64,000 nucleotides of DNA, taken from contig NC_043002.1 of NCBI RefSeq assembly GCF_006345805.1, forward strand, positions 82,708,001-82,772,000, given 5' to 3'. A program made the position numbers and the translations under genes. A model generated the notes under the pieces. It ran no database searches and was not told where the DNA came from. It saw nothing but the letters and a program-made list of their open reading frames with translations. Shown here one piece after another: positions 1-11,992 of this stretch (position 1 is the stretch's first letter; the number at the start of each line of letters is the position of its first letter). Source of the DNA: Octopus sinensis (taxonomy: Eukaryota).

Positions 1-1267
1 TCGTGATATCTGTCGGCAACAGACCAAACATCATTCGATGGACACGAATAATGGCGTCTTCTCTGTATAAAGAGGAAGTTCTATCCACTGCCGTTTGGAA
101 CAATCAAAGCATCATGGAAAAAAGTCAGTTATGATTGAAATAAATTTGGTCAAAAAGATGTAACTGATAAATTAATTAACATTTGGTTATCTATGTGATG
201 GCTTAAAATCGAACTAATTGGAGCAATTGACAGAATATGTTTGAAATAAGAATAATGTATGTAATTATGATTAATAGTACTGTTGACGTTTAAAGATTTA
301 CTTAGAAATAAGAGAAAAAATACAGGAAATAAGGAAAAAGGTTGAAGAAATATGTTAGTTGCGGCTCGAAAGTGTACAAATATAATATTTATGATTCCAA
401 TTTGAATTCTTCCATGTTGAAGAGATGTAAAAAAAAATGAATTAAGAGCGTACGTATACTCAGCCATTTACAAGTATTCACACACAATTGCAAATTCAAG
501 ATGGTTGTGTCCAACTCCATACAATGACATTTTCTACGTTTTTATATTTTCTGAAAATCTCGGACTAAGAATTTTAATATTATTTTAGTTGTAGAGTTTG
601 TATGTTTTTTTTTCTTTGCTTTGTTCTATTTTCTTTTTATCAGCTGTGTACAGGTCACATCCTTTAGCATTTATATATGTCCTGCATAATCTTTCATTCT
701 GAAGCATTTTCTTTCAATGGTCAGCTATAATAAGAGGGTTTCCTTGCATTCAAATTTTCAAGACTTCCGACTGAATAAACGTCATTGTAAAATCTTTCTC
801 TAAACTGCCCTTTGTTTATGCCATTGTAAAATTTTTTGTGATATTAAGTTTCAGATTTATTGACTTAACTTCGTATAAGATAGCTTCTTCATTGAGAGGC
901 ATATTTGGCGAGCGTGCGTTAATCTCTCTACATGGACAATCGGCTTCAGTCGATAGCATTGAGTATATGGGTATATTCCAAATTGCAGAGCACAGTTTAG
1001 CCTCTGCGTAGCTGAAATTTTGCATAAAGACACATCTTTTCATGAAAAAGTCATAAAATACGTGTTTCATTTTGTTATATATTATAAACTCTGGTGACAC
1101 CAGATACTGTGCGCATGTATATATATATATATATATATTAAGGTATGTAGAAAAATACAACATGGACAAGAACGTATAACTCTTAGAAGACGATACAATA
1201 AACACGGACAGGACATTCGAAACCCTCAGTCTTCAGTCAAGAACCGGATCATCGTAGTAATTTCGAT

Positions 1268-1412
1268 ATATATATACATACATACCATACATACATACCA
1301 TACATACATACATACATACATACATACATACATACATACATACATAATACAGACAGACAGACATGCATACATACACATTATATATATATATGTGTGTGTA
1401 TGTGTGTGGGGG
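1268..1412. repeat. (TA)n/(TACA)n/(TG)n microsatellite cluster
   Basis: Direct reading. Confidence 0.9.
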
Positions 1413-1508
1413 GTGTAATTTATTGTATCATGATTTCACATTGCGATTAAGCGAAAAAATATGATATACTGTGAGACAACGTCAAATAACATAATTTATT
1501 CAAAGCGA

Positions 1509-1695
1509 CAGGCACTTCCTGGCATTAGCAGCAGACAGTGCTCCACGTTAGCAGCAAGAGCTGCTTGTCATTAGCAACAGACACTGCCCTGCATTAGCAA
1601 CAGGCACTATTCAGCATTAAAAGCAAGCACTGCTCGGTGTTAGCAACAGGCACTGTGCAGCATTTGCAACAGAAACGTGCAATGTTAGCAACAGA
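1509..1695. repeat. Degenerate ~22-bp minisatellite
   Basis: Recurrent ttagcaacaggcactg-like unit, about 8 copies. Confidence 0.7.
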
Positions 1696-1940
1696 ATACA
1701 AACTGTCAACTTGTCTTATACTCTAATAAATTTGAATATGAGAAGGGGAAGGGGTGTTTTTGATTATTTTATCATCAAGTCTATAACTGGTATCTATTTT
1801 ATCAACCGTGAAGGGCTGAAATGCACAGTAAGCCCTCAATGAAATGCAAACTTTAAAATAGTAAAGTAGATTGATCTATTTTAACACCAGCTTCTTTGTT
1901 ACAACAATGAACAACATGTAATAATGAAAATAATACTTAC

Positions 1941-2060
1941 CGTCCAGTCAGGGTGTACCAGGACACCTGTCATTTCTAAAACTAAAGTATAAGGTGGCTG
2001 AGCATAGGGATATTGCAATGGATCAGGCAGTAATTTTTCTCGAGAAGGATCGTTTAGCAT
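1941..2060 (-). CDS. TIMM50: TIM50 mitochondrial inner membrane translocase subunit, internal exon (120 nt, phase 0-0)
   Basis: Acceptor tttattttctttaatcag and donor gtaagt. Translates [40 protein letters not shown], matching the TIM50 [24 protein letters not shown] motif and, as I recall it, the size of the corresponding human exon. The next exon (..GWRFKKRPG) was not found in 1-1940, so it is probably outside the window. Confidence 0.93.
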
Positions 2061-2204
2061 CTGATTAAAGAAAATAAATTCTTTTTATGTGACGTATATT
2101 TGCCATTTAAATATGGCTAACCCCTAAGAGTGGATGCTACTGTAATTTGTAGCCCCAGGAGGACACCTCCTCCAGCTGGCTAAAGACACACTTTCTAAAC
2201 AAAC

Positions 2205-2380
2205 ACACACACAACAGCCTTCTTTCAGCTTTTATCTACTAAATCCACTCACAAGGCTTTGGTCGGTCCAAGGCTATAGTAGAAGACACTTGCCCAAGGT
2301 ACCACACAGTGGGACTGAACCCTGAACCATGTGGTTGGGAAGCAACTTTCTAAACCCCACAGTCATAGCTGCACCTATGA
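2205..2380 (-). mobile_element. tRNA-derived SINE family A, 5' fragment
   Basis: aaatccactcacaaggctttggtcgg..gaagacacttgcccaagg..gggactgaacc..ccatgtggttgg, shared with many copies in the window. Confidence 0.75.
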
Positions 2381-2789
2381 AAATACTATTCTAATCACAT
2401 ACCATCAGCAGTAAAACTAAACAGAAATATTAAATTTTAAACAAATGTCTAAGATGTTGTCTTTCTCATCATGGTATCACTCAGAGTCAAACAGATTATT
2501 CACTTGATGGCTGACACTAGCATATGACACACCCATATGACATACCCAGTAAAGGGGCCTTTACACAATTGCTTGACTTGCTAGAAGTGGCAGCCAAATC
2601 CCCTTCAAATTTTACTGTGTTGTCTTAAAAATAACAGCTCAATAAGAGCAGAGATGGACCTACATAACAACAACAGCCTATATTTAAAACCAGAGTCTAA
2701 ATCTAATGGCAAACCAACCCATCAAGGTGATTAGGAACTGTAACTATTAAAATAGTTGGTTCTTGTTGGTACACTGAGGGTTAAACAGT

Positions 2790-3150
2790 CACATATGGCT
2801 CCCCATACCAGGCAGACCTGGCATCCGAACGTGGTCGATGCTAGGTCTGCCTGACTGGCTCCCATGCTGGTGGCACATAAAAAACACCAACCAAACATGG
2901 CCGAAGCCAGTACCTGCTCTCTGGCTTGTGCAGGTGGCATGTAAAAAATACTATCGGAACATGATCGATGCCAGGCCCGCCTGACTGGCTCCTATGCTGG
3001 TGGCATGTAAAAAGCACCCACTACACTCTCGGAGTGGTTGGTGTCAGGAAGGGCATCCAGCTGTAGAAACATTGCCAGATCAGATTGGAGCTTTCCAACC
3101 AATACCAGCATGGAAAACGGATGTTAAACAATAATGACGATGATGATGAT
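2790..3150 (+). mobile_element. RTE-LINE 3'-tail-derived repeat (family C)
   Basis: gctggtggcatgtaaaaagcaccc..ggaagggcatccagctgtagaaac ending in (GAT)n. The same tail follows RTE coding sequence at 36850-37455. Other copies at about 5165-5660, 18620-19020, 20840-21030, 28020-28430, 30215-30535, 31825-32250, 33240-33420 and 58980-59165. Confidence 0.7.
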
Positions 3151-3326
3151 ATGGCATATTCTAGCACTGCCCACACAGCAATGAACTGAGACAATCTATG
3201 ATGATACCTACTTTTTGTTGAATGCGTCTAGCTATCAACAGTTAAAAATCAGTCTTAACAATGGAAGAAAAGCAGCCAACTGAGTGATGTGTAATTTTGC
3301 AATAAACCTTAAGCAGCTGTTCTTAC

Positions 3327-3385
3327 CTGTTTGTATTGACGAAATTCCTTTCATGCTCTCTTTAAATAAGCTTGGACATACCATA
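3327..3385 (-). CDS. TIMM50: TIM50 preceding exon (59 nt, phase 1-0) with in-frame TGA at 3351-3353
   Basis: Acceptor ..tttttcag and donor gtaaga. Reads WYVQAYLKRA*KEFRQYKQ and splices in frame to MLNDPSREK. It aligns to human QQLRRTYKYFKDYRQ|MIIEP (recalled sequence). Confidence 0.82.
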
Positions 3386-4271
3386 CTGAAAAATATATTA
3401 CATGACAATCATTAACAAATTAGACAAAACAATCATTGGTTAAGTAGATAAAAACCAAGGTACATCACATTACAATAATTAGCTAATTAGATGTCAACCA
3501 AATATCTAACAAAATCTGGACAACATATACGAGACACTGGATACGAGACACTGGATAACTCTGTGTTTATAAATGCTTAGACAGCTGTACAGGACATAAT
3601 ATGATTGGAACGTCTATCTTTGATGGCCACATTTTACAAAATTTAAACTTAAACTGCTATTTTTGCCAACACAAACCATCAGACTGGTATTTTTCCTGTT
3701 ATCCCTGATAATACCAGTCATACTAGAGGTCACATATTCAAGATGGATATGAAACTGGTGTGTATCTGGGTTCATTTGGGAAGAGGTGGCATTACTTAAT
3801 TTTTCTTTTTACTGTGTTTTCCTCTTTAAAGCCATTAGTAAATCTCATGACACGAGCCACAAAAATTCAAAATTTCATAGCTCTTCAGCAAGTGTTGTTG
3901 TTTTCAATACTGCTACAATGGACGGACACATATAACTAGCTCCCAGTGAAAATATCTTAATAGCAACCCATTTTGAAGAAGAGCAAAACAGAAATAATAA
4001 CTGCAAAATATTCCATTACCAAATGGCCTTTTCTGCAATGATTTCATGAAATTCATTTTTGTATAATCTTTACTATTCCTGCTGCTTGCCTCCACCTCAC
4101 CCCCACTCTCTTTTGCATCCCCTCTATCTCTCCCAAATGATGGCCCCTTGTTCATCCACCCTTCAACCCTATCCTTTCTGGTAGTCTGCCACCCCATACA
4201 GTTTTTCCATGCCAATTCTAGTACTTTGTGGAGCCATATCCCTCACCACACTGACATATATATATATATAG

Positions 4272-4752
4272 GTACAGGTGTGCCAAGTATGTTATAGCTC
4301 AGCCCAAGGTTATAGACTAGTTATGATATTTGTCCGCCAAAAGTATGCTATAGCTCAGCCTCAGGCTATCAACCAAGTATGTTATGGCTCAGCCGCGGGC
4401 TATCAACCAAGTATGTTATAGCTCAGCCCAGGGCTATGGACTAGTTATGATATTTCTCTGCCAAAGGCTATAGACCAGGTATGTTATAGCTCAGCCTCAG
4501 GCTATCAACCAAGTATGTTATAGCTCAGCCCAAGGCTATGGACTAGGTGTGATATTTCTCTGCCCAAGGCTATAGACCATGAATGTTATAGCTCAGCCTC
4601 AAGCTATCAACCAAGTATGTTATAGCTCAGCCCATGGCTATAAACTAGTTATTATATTTCTCCGCCCAAGGCTATAGACCATGAATGTTATAGCTCAGCC
4701 TCAGGCTATCAACCAATTATGTTATAGCTCAGCCCAATGCTATAGACTAGTT
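4272..4752. repeat. 34-bp minisatellite with a 102-bp higher-order period
   Basis: Monomer atgttatagctcagcctcaggctatcaaccaagt. The same three-variant set recurs at 4481, 4583 and 4685. Confidence 0.85.
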
Positions 4753-4774
4753 ACAAAATATTTTATAATTATAT

Positions 4775-5178
4775 ACATAATTAAAACAAAGGGTCGGCTT
4801 TATGCCTCACCACGCAATGTAAGAAATAGATGCTAAAGATCTTTTTACTACCTTAAAATCTCCGAGAATAATACACTTTGTTGTAGGCAAAAGAAAAATC
4901 ATGAATCAATATGGCTGGTTAATTATGGACGTGTTTTGAACTTAAAGTAAAAAATAATTTTACTTACTGTTTCTCATCATCATAATATTCCGTATAAGTT
5001 CACGAGTATTTCAAATTATGCATGTGATCACTGTCATCGCATGTCCAGTATCTATCCATACTTTTTTGCCTACAACAAAGTGTGATATTCTCGAAGATTT
5101 TAAGGTAGTAAAAAGGACTTTAGCATCTATTTCTTACAGTGCGTGGTGCGGCATAAAGCCAACCTCTTGTTATTATGT
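4775..5178. mobile_element. Foldback/MITE-like element with ~120-bp imperfect terminal inverted repeats
   Basis: 4775-4893 (ggctttatgcctcaccacgcaatgtaagaaatagatgctaaag..cactttgttgtaggcaaaa) is the reverse complement of about 5058-5178. Confidence 0.75.
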
Positions 5179-5769
5179 CATCATCATCATCATCATCATC
5201 GATTAACATCCGTTTTCCATGCTGGCATGAGTTGGATGGTTTGACTGAGGTCTGGAGAGCCAGCGGCTGCACCAGGCTCCAGTCTGGTCTGGCAGAGTTT
5301 CTACAGCTTGATGCCCTTCCTAATGCCAACCACTTCGAGAGTGTAGTGGGTGCTTTTTACGTGCCCCCGGCACAGGGGCCAGTTAGGTGGGCCTGGCAAC
5401 AGTCACATTTGGATGGTGCTTTTTATGTGCCACTGGCACAGGAACCGGTCTGGGGGTATTGGCGTCAGTCATGATTGGTTGGTGCTTTTTATGTGCCACG
5501 GGCATTGGAGCTTGGTGACGAACACATTCAGATGGTGATTTTTAAGTGCCACTAGCATAGGAGCCAGTCAGGCGGACCTGGCTTCAACCACATTCGGATG
5601 GTACCTTTGATGTGACATTGGCACAGGAGCCAGCAAGGGGGCACCAGCCCCAGCTTTGATATTGATTGGTTTTATTTGACTCAACAGGTATTCTCAAGCA
5701 TATCATATTGCACAACGCACAAGGAGTATTTTTAACAGGGCTGGATGCGATTGGCTTATAAAATATACA

Positions 5770-5975
5770 CATTATATATATACCGGAGTAAGGACATAAA
5801 TGTGAAACAAGGTGGAAAAAGAGTACTCAAATATCAGAGGTAGAGTAATATGCTTTATTTAAAAGCAGCAGAAATATAACAAGCTGTTACTCAGAGTTTC
5901 ACATTTCACGAACGGGAACGGGAAACTCTGAGTAACAGCTTTTGTCATATTTCTGCTGCTTTTAAATAAAGCACA
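5770..5975. mobile_element. Short Penelope-like non-autonomous repeat with an inverted duplicated terminus
   Basis: Hairpin gctttatttaaaagcagcagaaat..gagtttc / gaaactc..atttctgctgcttttaaataaagc. Same family as 38210-38340. Confidence 0.5.
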
Positions 5976-6203
5976 TATATATACTGTTGTGTCTGGGGAG
6001 AGTAATTTTCTTTTTGTGCCTTATAATGTAACACATTCACCGGTAAAATTTCCACTTATTTCTTATTTTTATTTTCCTAAAATTTTTGTTGCGTCTTGCA
6101 ACCTTTTCAGTAGTCTTGTCCGTTATTTACACTGCATTCCAAAAACGAAATATATATATATATGCACAAACATACATATAAATAAATCTATAAAAGGGAG
6201 GAT

Positions 6204-6221
6204 GTTTGTGCGTGTGTGTGT

Positions 6222-6290
<69 letters not shown>

Positions 6291-6305
6291 TCTGTGTGTG
6301 TGTGT
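6204..6305. repeat. (TG)n microsatellite
   Basis: Direct reading. Confidence 0.95.
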
Positions 6306-6810
6306 ACGTGATTGTAATTTATGCACGTCCACAAATTAGCACGCATGTCGCTCAAATTTTAGGAGGACGTTTGTCAACATCCTATCTGGGTTTTGTCAAC
6401 TTATTTTTTTCCCCGAGGTATCCGTGGGTAGCGTAAATATCTATTTTCCGACATAGGTTTTAGCCACGAAAAATATCAGCCTTGGCTTTTTTGATGGCTT
6501 CTAACAAAAAGAAAATAAGATAAAGAAAAGTGGAAGAAGGAGGCAGAGAGTTTCACGGGAAAGACAAAGTGAGAGAGGGAAAGAGAGAGTATTTCTTTAT
6601 TCACCATAAGGTTGAGAAAAAGAGGGGACAAAACAAGCATTGGGGTCAGGGTATCGAATGAGACGAAACGTATGAATAAACAAACAATTAAAATATATAC
6701 AATTAAATGAGAATGAGTGAATAACAAAAAATGAAACGGAAGACGCGGTTGACCCACCAAACCACATACTCACATTGAAGACTTTGCTTTCTCCTTTTTT
6801 ACATTCTCGA

Positions 6811-9800
6811 TTAAACAGGTTCTTTCACTCGCAACATACTTGCTATATTCTTCCATCTTTTACGAAACACACTTTGCGACAGGCATTTCTTCTCCAGCCT
6901 TATTTTCCGTTTCATGTGGAAAACGAAAAAGTCGATTAGCTCGGGACTGGAGATAAACATGCCTGTTGCAATTCCTTTCACTCTCGTCTTCCACACTACT
7001 TCTTTCGCCATAGCAACTACCGAGAGAAAACAGGCTCGCTCCTCCCTATTCAGGGAGGTCGGCAGAACTATCTTCATTACAGATTCGCTCGACAGTTGTA
7101 CTCTTCTCGAATGCGACAGCAAGTGTTCGACATAAGCCCAGAGTTCAGTCACCTTGGGGCATTGTACAATCGCGTGCAGGACAGTTTCACTGTCCCTCTT
7201 ACATCTTGCACAAACTGGCGAAGGTGCACACCCATGTCTAAAGAGCTTATCTCGAACCGGTAAAGCTCCTCTGTAACATTGCCAGGCCAGGGACTTTTGG
7301 TAATTATCCATAGGCCCCAGACCGAATGTTCTTTGGAACAGGCTGGCCAGTTGATTTTCGTCGAAGCCCAGGGTTTCCCCCAGGACGTCGTCACACTTAA
7401 ACTCTACTAACCCTCTATAGAAGAACGAGGTAGTACCCTCGCCACCGACTGGGAGAGAATCACGAGTGCCTGATGGCACTCTGCATGCCACATGCCCAAC
7501 CTCGGTCTATACTTGATCAATAACAGCTTGACTAACGGAGACCACACCTGCTCACCGTTCAGGTAAATCCAGAGGTGCCTGAGCCTGAGCGCATGTCTGC
7601 GCATTTTTAGCCACGACATCCCTAACCCACCCTTCAGCGGCTTTTGGCAGCAAATAGAGCGCCTTACAAGAAGTCTGCTGCCTCTCCACAAAAAGCGAAA
7701 GAGCATGCGTTCCAGTTTGTTCAGCCACGAATCGGGGCAAGGCACGACGGTCAGGCGGTAAGTGATTACAGAGGCGATAAACACCTCTGCAACCTCCGCC
7801 CTCCCTTTCAAGGACAGCTTCCGCTCAGACCATGTCTGAGTTAGGAGAGCCACCTTTCTCGCCACCTCGCTCCAGTTCTTCTCTATCTGAAGATCTGGAC
7901 CTAACCATTTCCAAGCATTTTCACCGGTCCTTCCGTCCAACGTCCTACGACGCTGTCGGAAGACATCGACTTGCCCCTCCAGGTGCCGAGTTGCAAGCCG
8001 ACCGATTTATCCCGGTTGACTTTCGCTCCTGCCACCGCTTCGTAGTCCTTTAAGGCCTCACCCACCCACTGTAGGTGCTCGACTCGGGAAACGATGACGG
8101 TGATGTCGTCCGCATACGCCGAAGCTGACTTTCTGCACCCTAGATCTTGCGGAGCGCCTCTCATAGTTTTCAACCTCCTCAGCAACGGCTCGATGACCAA
8201 AACGTAGAGAAGCGGGGAGAGAGGACACTCTTGACGTACCGAACGTTCAATGCTGAACGGCTCCGAAAAGAAACCATTTACCCGAACTACCGATTCGATG
8301 TTGCTGTATAAATCGATGATCCATCCGTGGAAGGTCGGGCCGAAGCCAGCCGCCGCGAGGACCGCCGCCAGATACCGATGGTCCACCCTATCAAACGCTT
8401 GGTCCAAGTGGACCATAGCCCCACCCTTGCCATATATCCTATTTACCCTTTCTAAGGCATAGCGTAGAAAGTGGAGATTGTCGTGGATGGTCTTTCCAGG
8501 GATGGCGCAAGTTTGCGCCTCGCCAACAAGTTCACCCACGACCCGCGCCAACCTTTTTGCTAAGACCTTGGCCAAAATCTTCAACTCTGCGTTAAGCAGA
8601 GTGATGGGCCGAAAATTATCAATTAAATCCCTCTTGTTTGGGTCCTTTCTTAACAGCGCTACCACCCCTCGGCTCACAGACTTAGGAATTCTCTCGTTCT
8701 GCTGCCAGTTGGTGTATGCGCAAGCAAGTAGGTGCCCAAACAAGTCTGGCATGCTACTATAGAGTTCGTAAGGCAGACCATCGAGTCCCGGCGATTTGTC
8801 CCCGCCGCAGTCTGCCAACATATCCTCGACTTCTTTGGCTGTGATCGGCGCCTCACAAGATTCCGCGTCCGGCCTCGATAGACGCGGCGAACCGGCTAGG
8901 AAGTCTGCGAGCTTCTCCCCGCGCTCCAGCTCGCCGTTCCTCCCGAATAGCTGGGCGAAATGATCATGAAACACATTGCACATCTCCTCGGATTCGTTTA
9001 CTAATCAACCATTTGGGCCCGTCAAGGATTGAATGGTTGAGTTGTTGCCACGCTGGCCCTCTACCACCCGGGCCCATCCGGTTGCGTTGATCCCTTCCTG
9101 TCTCATTGCACGGATCTTAGCCCTGACAATGCACCCTTCATGTTTAGCTTTGAGATATTAGTCGAGTGCTAACCTCGCCGCTAACACTTTCGATGTACTG
9201 CCTGACCTCATTGCCTCATCTATTGCCTTAACTAGTTCCTTTTCTACTTTGTTTCTAGCACTAGCTAGTTCTTTGCTAAACCTAATTGACTCAAATTTGA
9301 TGGCTCTTTTCAGGGCGTACCACCATTTGTTGTTGATAATGGATCCGGTTAACGCCCTCATTACTAATTGTTTAATCCGATTCCTGTAGGCTTCACAGTC
9401 CAATAGTGACTTGTTTAGCTTCCAGTAACCGGTACCTCGTCTACACATGCTATCTATGTCGAGCGTACAGGTCACTAATTTGTGATCGCTGTAGCTGACG
9501 ATATGGTGTTGTGGACAGCTAAGTATTTTCTTATCTTTCCTTCTAGTTATGATTCTATCAATGTAAGATCTGGACGACCCGTCGTTTCTTGCCCAGGTCC
9601 ACGCTGGAGTGTCTGGATGGTCCAGTCTGAATCTATCTGCCAATTCGAAACGACTTAGCATATCGTTGAGGTGAGGTAATCCCCTCCTATTCTTTCTCGA
9701 GCCAACATAATCTACGCGTGCATCGCAAATTATGTTGAAGTCACCTAGCAATACTAACGTGTTCGACGTGCCAAGAAAATTCTCTAGGCTTTTGAAATAC

Positions 9801-10170
9801 TCTTTCTGCCCAGCTTTTCCTTCGCAGGGAGCATAGACAGCGACCAATCTGAACACTTTACCACTGCTGTGCGTCACATCCAAAACGACCAACCTGCCTT
9901 CCGGATCTATAAAGATAGTTCTAATCTCTAAATCCAGGTTTTTCCTGACCAGCACTGCCACTCCTCCGCCCACTCCAGGTCGACAGGGAGAAACGTATTT
10001 CTCGTAGCCGTTTAGAAGGGGCGTAAAGGCCTGCAGCCCACTCAGTCTGGATTCGGTAATTACCACTACATCCAAACGATGCGACCTAAGGTCGTTAAGG
10101 AGGTAGCCTTGCTTCCAATACGACCCCAGGCCGCGAGTTTTTATACAACCGAGTTTAAACGAGAATGTGT
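6811..10170 (-). pseudogene. Tx1 copy A ORF2 (APE-RT-C-terminal Cys motif), broken by stops, frameshifts and deletions
   Basis: APE: LGCIKTRGL, DVVVITE, LLGDFN, SYIDRI, SDHKLV. RT: KSPGLDG, NFRPITLLNAELKILAK, VRQECPLSPLL, YADD. C-terminal CARCKRDSETVLHAIVQC. Confidence 0.9.
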
Positions 10171-10519
10171 AAAATTAGTCGAAAGTTTAAAACTTACTGT
10201 TTTAACGGAAGAGAGGGTGTAGTTTCACCCTCCTCTTTTCTATCTGTGAGTGTTGTGTTTTGCGAGGTCAGTTTTTTTGCGAATTGCCTGTACAGATGGC
10301 TCGAAAAGTTCATCTGTAACGGGCCGACGTCCTCCGCAAAAAGATTTTTTTTAGTTCAAAATAATCAGCGTTATCTATCGTATAAAATTCTACATTTTCA
10401 GATATAATACTATTTATATGTTACGATATATTTTTTCGCCGATTTCATTAAAATAATTTATTCTCTTAATGGTTTATTGTTTTTATTTATCGCCGTGAAG
10501 GTGTTTCTTTTTTTTTTTG

Positions 10520-11788
10520 TTAGGCGATTGTGGAGGGGGGTTGTGTGTTTGTGGGTGTGTGTGTGTGCTTGTAGAAGCGTGGGTGTTTGTAGGTGTGTGT
10601 GTGCTTGTGGTAGGTGTGTGTGTTTGTGTGTGCTTTTTCCAGTGTGTGTGTTTTTTTGGCTACGTGTGTGTTTGCGACTGTAATTGTGGGTGTGCTTGTC
10701 TGTCTCGGAGTATAGTCCTGTGTATCCGAAGAGGGTGGATTTTTCCGTTTCCGCCTTCTTTTTGAAGGTTCTATGGTGACCCACTCCTGGATATTGTTGT
10801 TGTTGTTGTTTTCTCCCGTTGTCGGCTGAATTTCGGCAATTGGGGTGCGCGACGTGGCTGCTATTTCTAGCGGTGTAGTTGTTGTTTTCGGCGTCGTGCT
10901 TGCCTCTGCAGCATTTTCTTTGGCTGTCTTCTTACAGCTCGACCTTATGTGGCCTTTCTCGCCACATTTATAACACCTAGGCTTTCTCCCCTCGACTATT
11001 ACCGTCATGCTGGTATTATCTACAATGGTGAGGGAGCTGTGCAATTTTTCCAAGTCCGAGGGGTTCGCTTGGATCACAAGCTCTAAGTCTTGTCCATACC
11101 AGTTCATGTGGCGATATCTCTTAGACTGAAGAATGGCAATTTCTTCTTCTTTGCCTAAGAGAATCGCTGCTATGACAAGGTCCACATCTATTTCGGGAGG
11201 AATATCTGTGACCGTTATTTTCGATGTTCTCATTCCTAAATAAAATGGTAGAAGAACTACATCTTTCGACTTCAACGTTCTTGTTGAATGTTCCCTAGCT
11301 TTTTCTTCGCTAGGGAAACGCACCTCTACCGTGCCGAAGCGACTACCCCTCGTTATATAAGTAGTTTGTTGCCATATCGGCCTCAAACATTTTTCTATGG
11401 CTTCCCTCGGCACGAAGTCAATTTTCCTATTTTTCACATTATATGTATTGTGCATGACAGTTTTTCTCTCCGTCGCGTAAATTAATTCACTGGGAGGGAA
11501 CAACTTCACATTATCACCTTCTTTTTTTAATAAACTTTGGTACTTCTTTAATTCTTCTTTGTTAATAACGATGTTTTCACAGGGGCGAGTTGCTGCACTC
11601 GCAAAATTTATTTTTGACTTTTCCTGTTGTGTAGTAGCTTCGCTAGACATATTGTCGTCTGCTTTTGTAACGAGCGCGTGAGACGTCTCTTTACTTTTAC
11701 CTTCCTCCTCCCACATTTTCGCCTTCATGCCTTCAAACAAATTTTCAACGTTTTCCTCCGACTCGGAGGAGATTGGTTGCAAATTCAT
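10520..11788 (-). CDS. Tx1 copy A ORF1 (nucleic-acid chaperone, gag-like zinc knuckle)
   Basis: Open frame from MNLQPISS (ATG 11788) containing CYKCGEKGHIRSSC (CX2CX4HX4C), followed by a low-complexity Thr/His tail. Confidence 0.8.
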   Translation of the reverse strand: MNLQPISSESEENVENLFEGMKAKMWEEEGKSKETSHALVTKADDNMSSEATTQQEKSKINFASAATRPCENIVINKEELKKYQSLLKKEGDNVKLFPPSELIYATERKTVMHNTYNVKNRKIDFVPREAIEKCLRPIWQQTTYITRGSRFGTVEVRFPSEEKAREHSTRTLKSKDVVLLPFYLGMRTSKITVTDIPPEIDVDLVIAAILLGKEEEIAILQSKRYRHMNWYGQDLELVIQANPSDLEKLHSSLTIVDNTSMTVIVEGRKPRCYKCGEKGHIRSSCKKTAKENAAEASTTPKTTTTPLEIAATSRTPIAEIQPTTGENNNNNNIQEWVTIEPSKRRRKRKNPPSSDTQDYTPRQTSTPTITVANTHVAKKTHTLEKAHTNTHTYHKHTHTYKHPRFYKHTHTPTNTQPPSTIA

Positions 11789-11948
11789 GTTTTTCGTCGC
11801 TTCCCCCTTGAAACAAGGGGGAAAGAACAGCAAAACTCTGCTGCAACAGCAGAAAAGAAGTGGCCTCGACGACCAAAACAGCAAATTTTCAAACTTTTCA
11901 GCACAAAAACAATCTTTCACTGCGGAGCAAAGAATAACACCACCGATC

Positions 11949-11950
<2 letters not shown>

Positions 11951-11987
<37 letters not shown>
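11951..11987. repeat. (GA)n/(TC)n microsatellite between the two Tx1 copies
   Basis: Direct reading. Confidence 0.95.

Positions 11988-11992
<5 letters not shown>

Larger units (their letters stand above)
6591..11950 (-). mobile_element. Tx1-clade (L1 group) non-LTR retrotransposon, copy A, near full-length and defective
   Basis: ORF1 with a CCHC knuckle, then ORF2 with APE endonuclease and RT. 3' end ggtgAATAAAgaaata runs into TC-rich sequence, and the 5' end abuts (TC)n. Confidence 0.9.

Noticed and set aside
150-1205. ORFs 150-467 and 816-1205 (minus) and a short open frame at 1-133 as TIM50 downstream exons or another gene
   Set aside because: No GWRFKKRPG or other recognisable motif in any frame, and no consistent splice pair.
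1205-1265. ctgaaga..ttcgaat motif on minus as another hammerhead
   Set aside because: GAAA is not intact and helix II does not pair.
3351-3353. UGA as selenocysteine
   Set aside because: Homologues have an aromatic residue, not Cys; TIM50 is not a known selenoprotein; the 3' UTR is not in the window to test for a SECIS.
4272-4752. CRISPR-like array
   Set aside because: Contiguous monomers without unique spacers, a eukaryotic context and no cas genes.
4968-5010. gtaagt donor on minus as a TIM50 exon end
   Set aside because: Wrong phase or peptide, no acceptor, and it lies in the loop of a foldback element.
6460-6530. Strong minus-strand polypyrimidine acceptor at 6501
   Set aside because: The downstream frame (AIKKAKADIFRG*) is not TIM50-like; the tract is explained by the TC-rich Tx1 target site.
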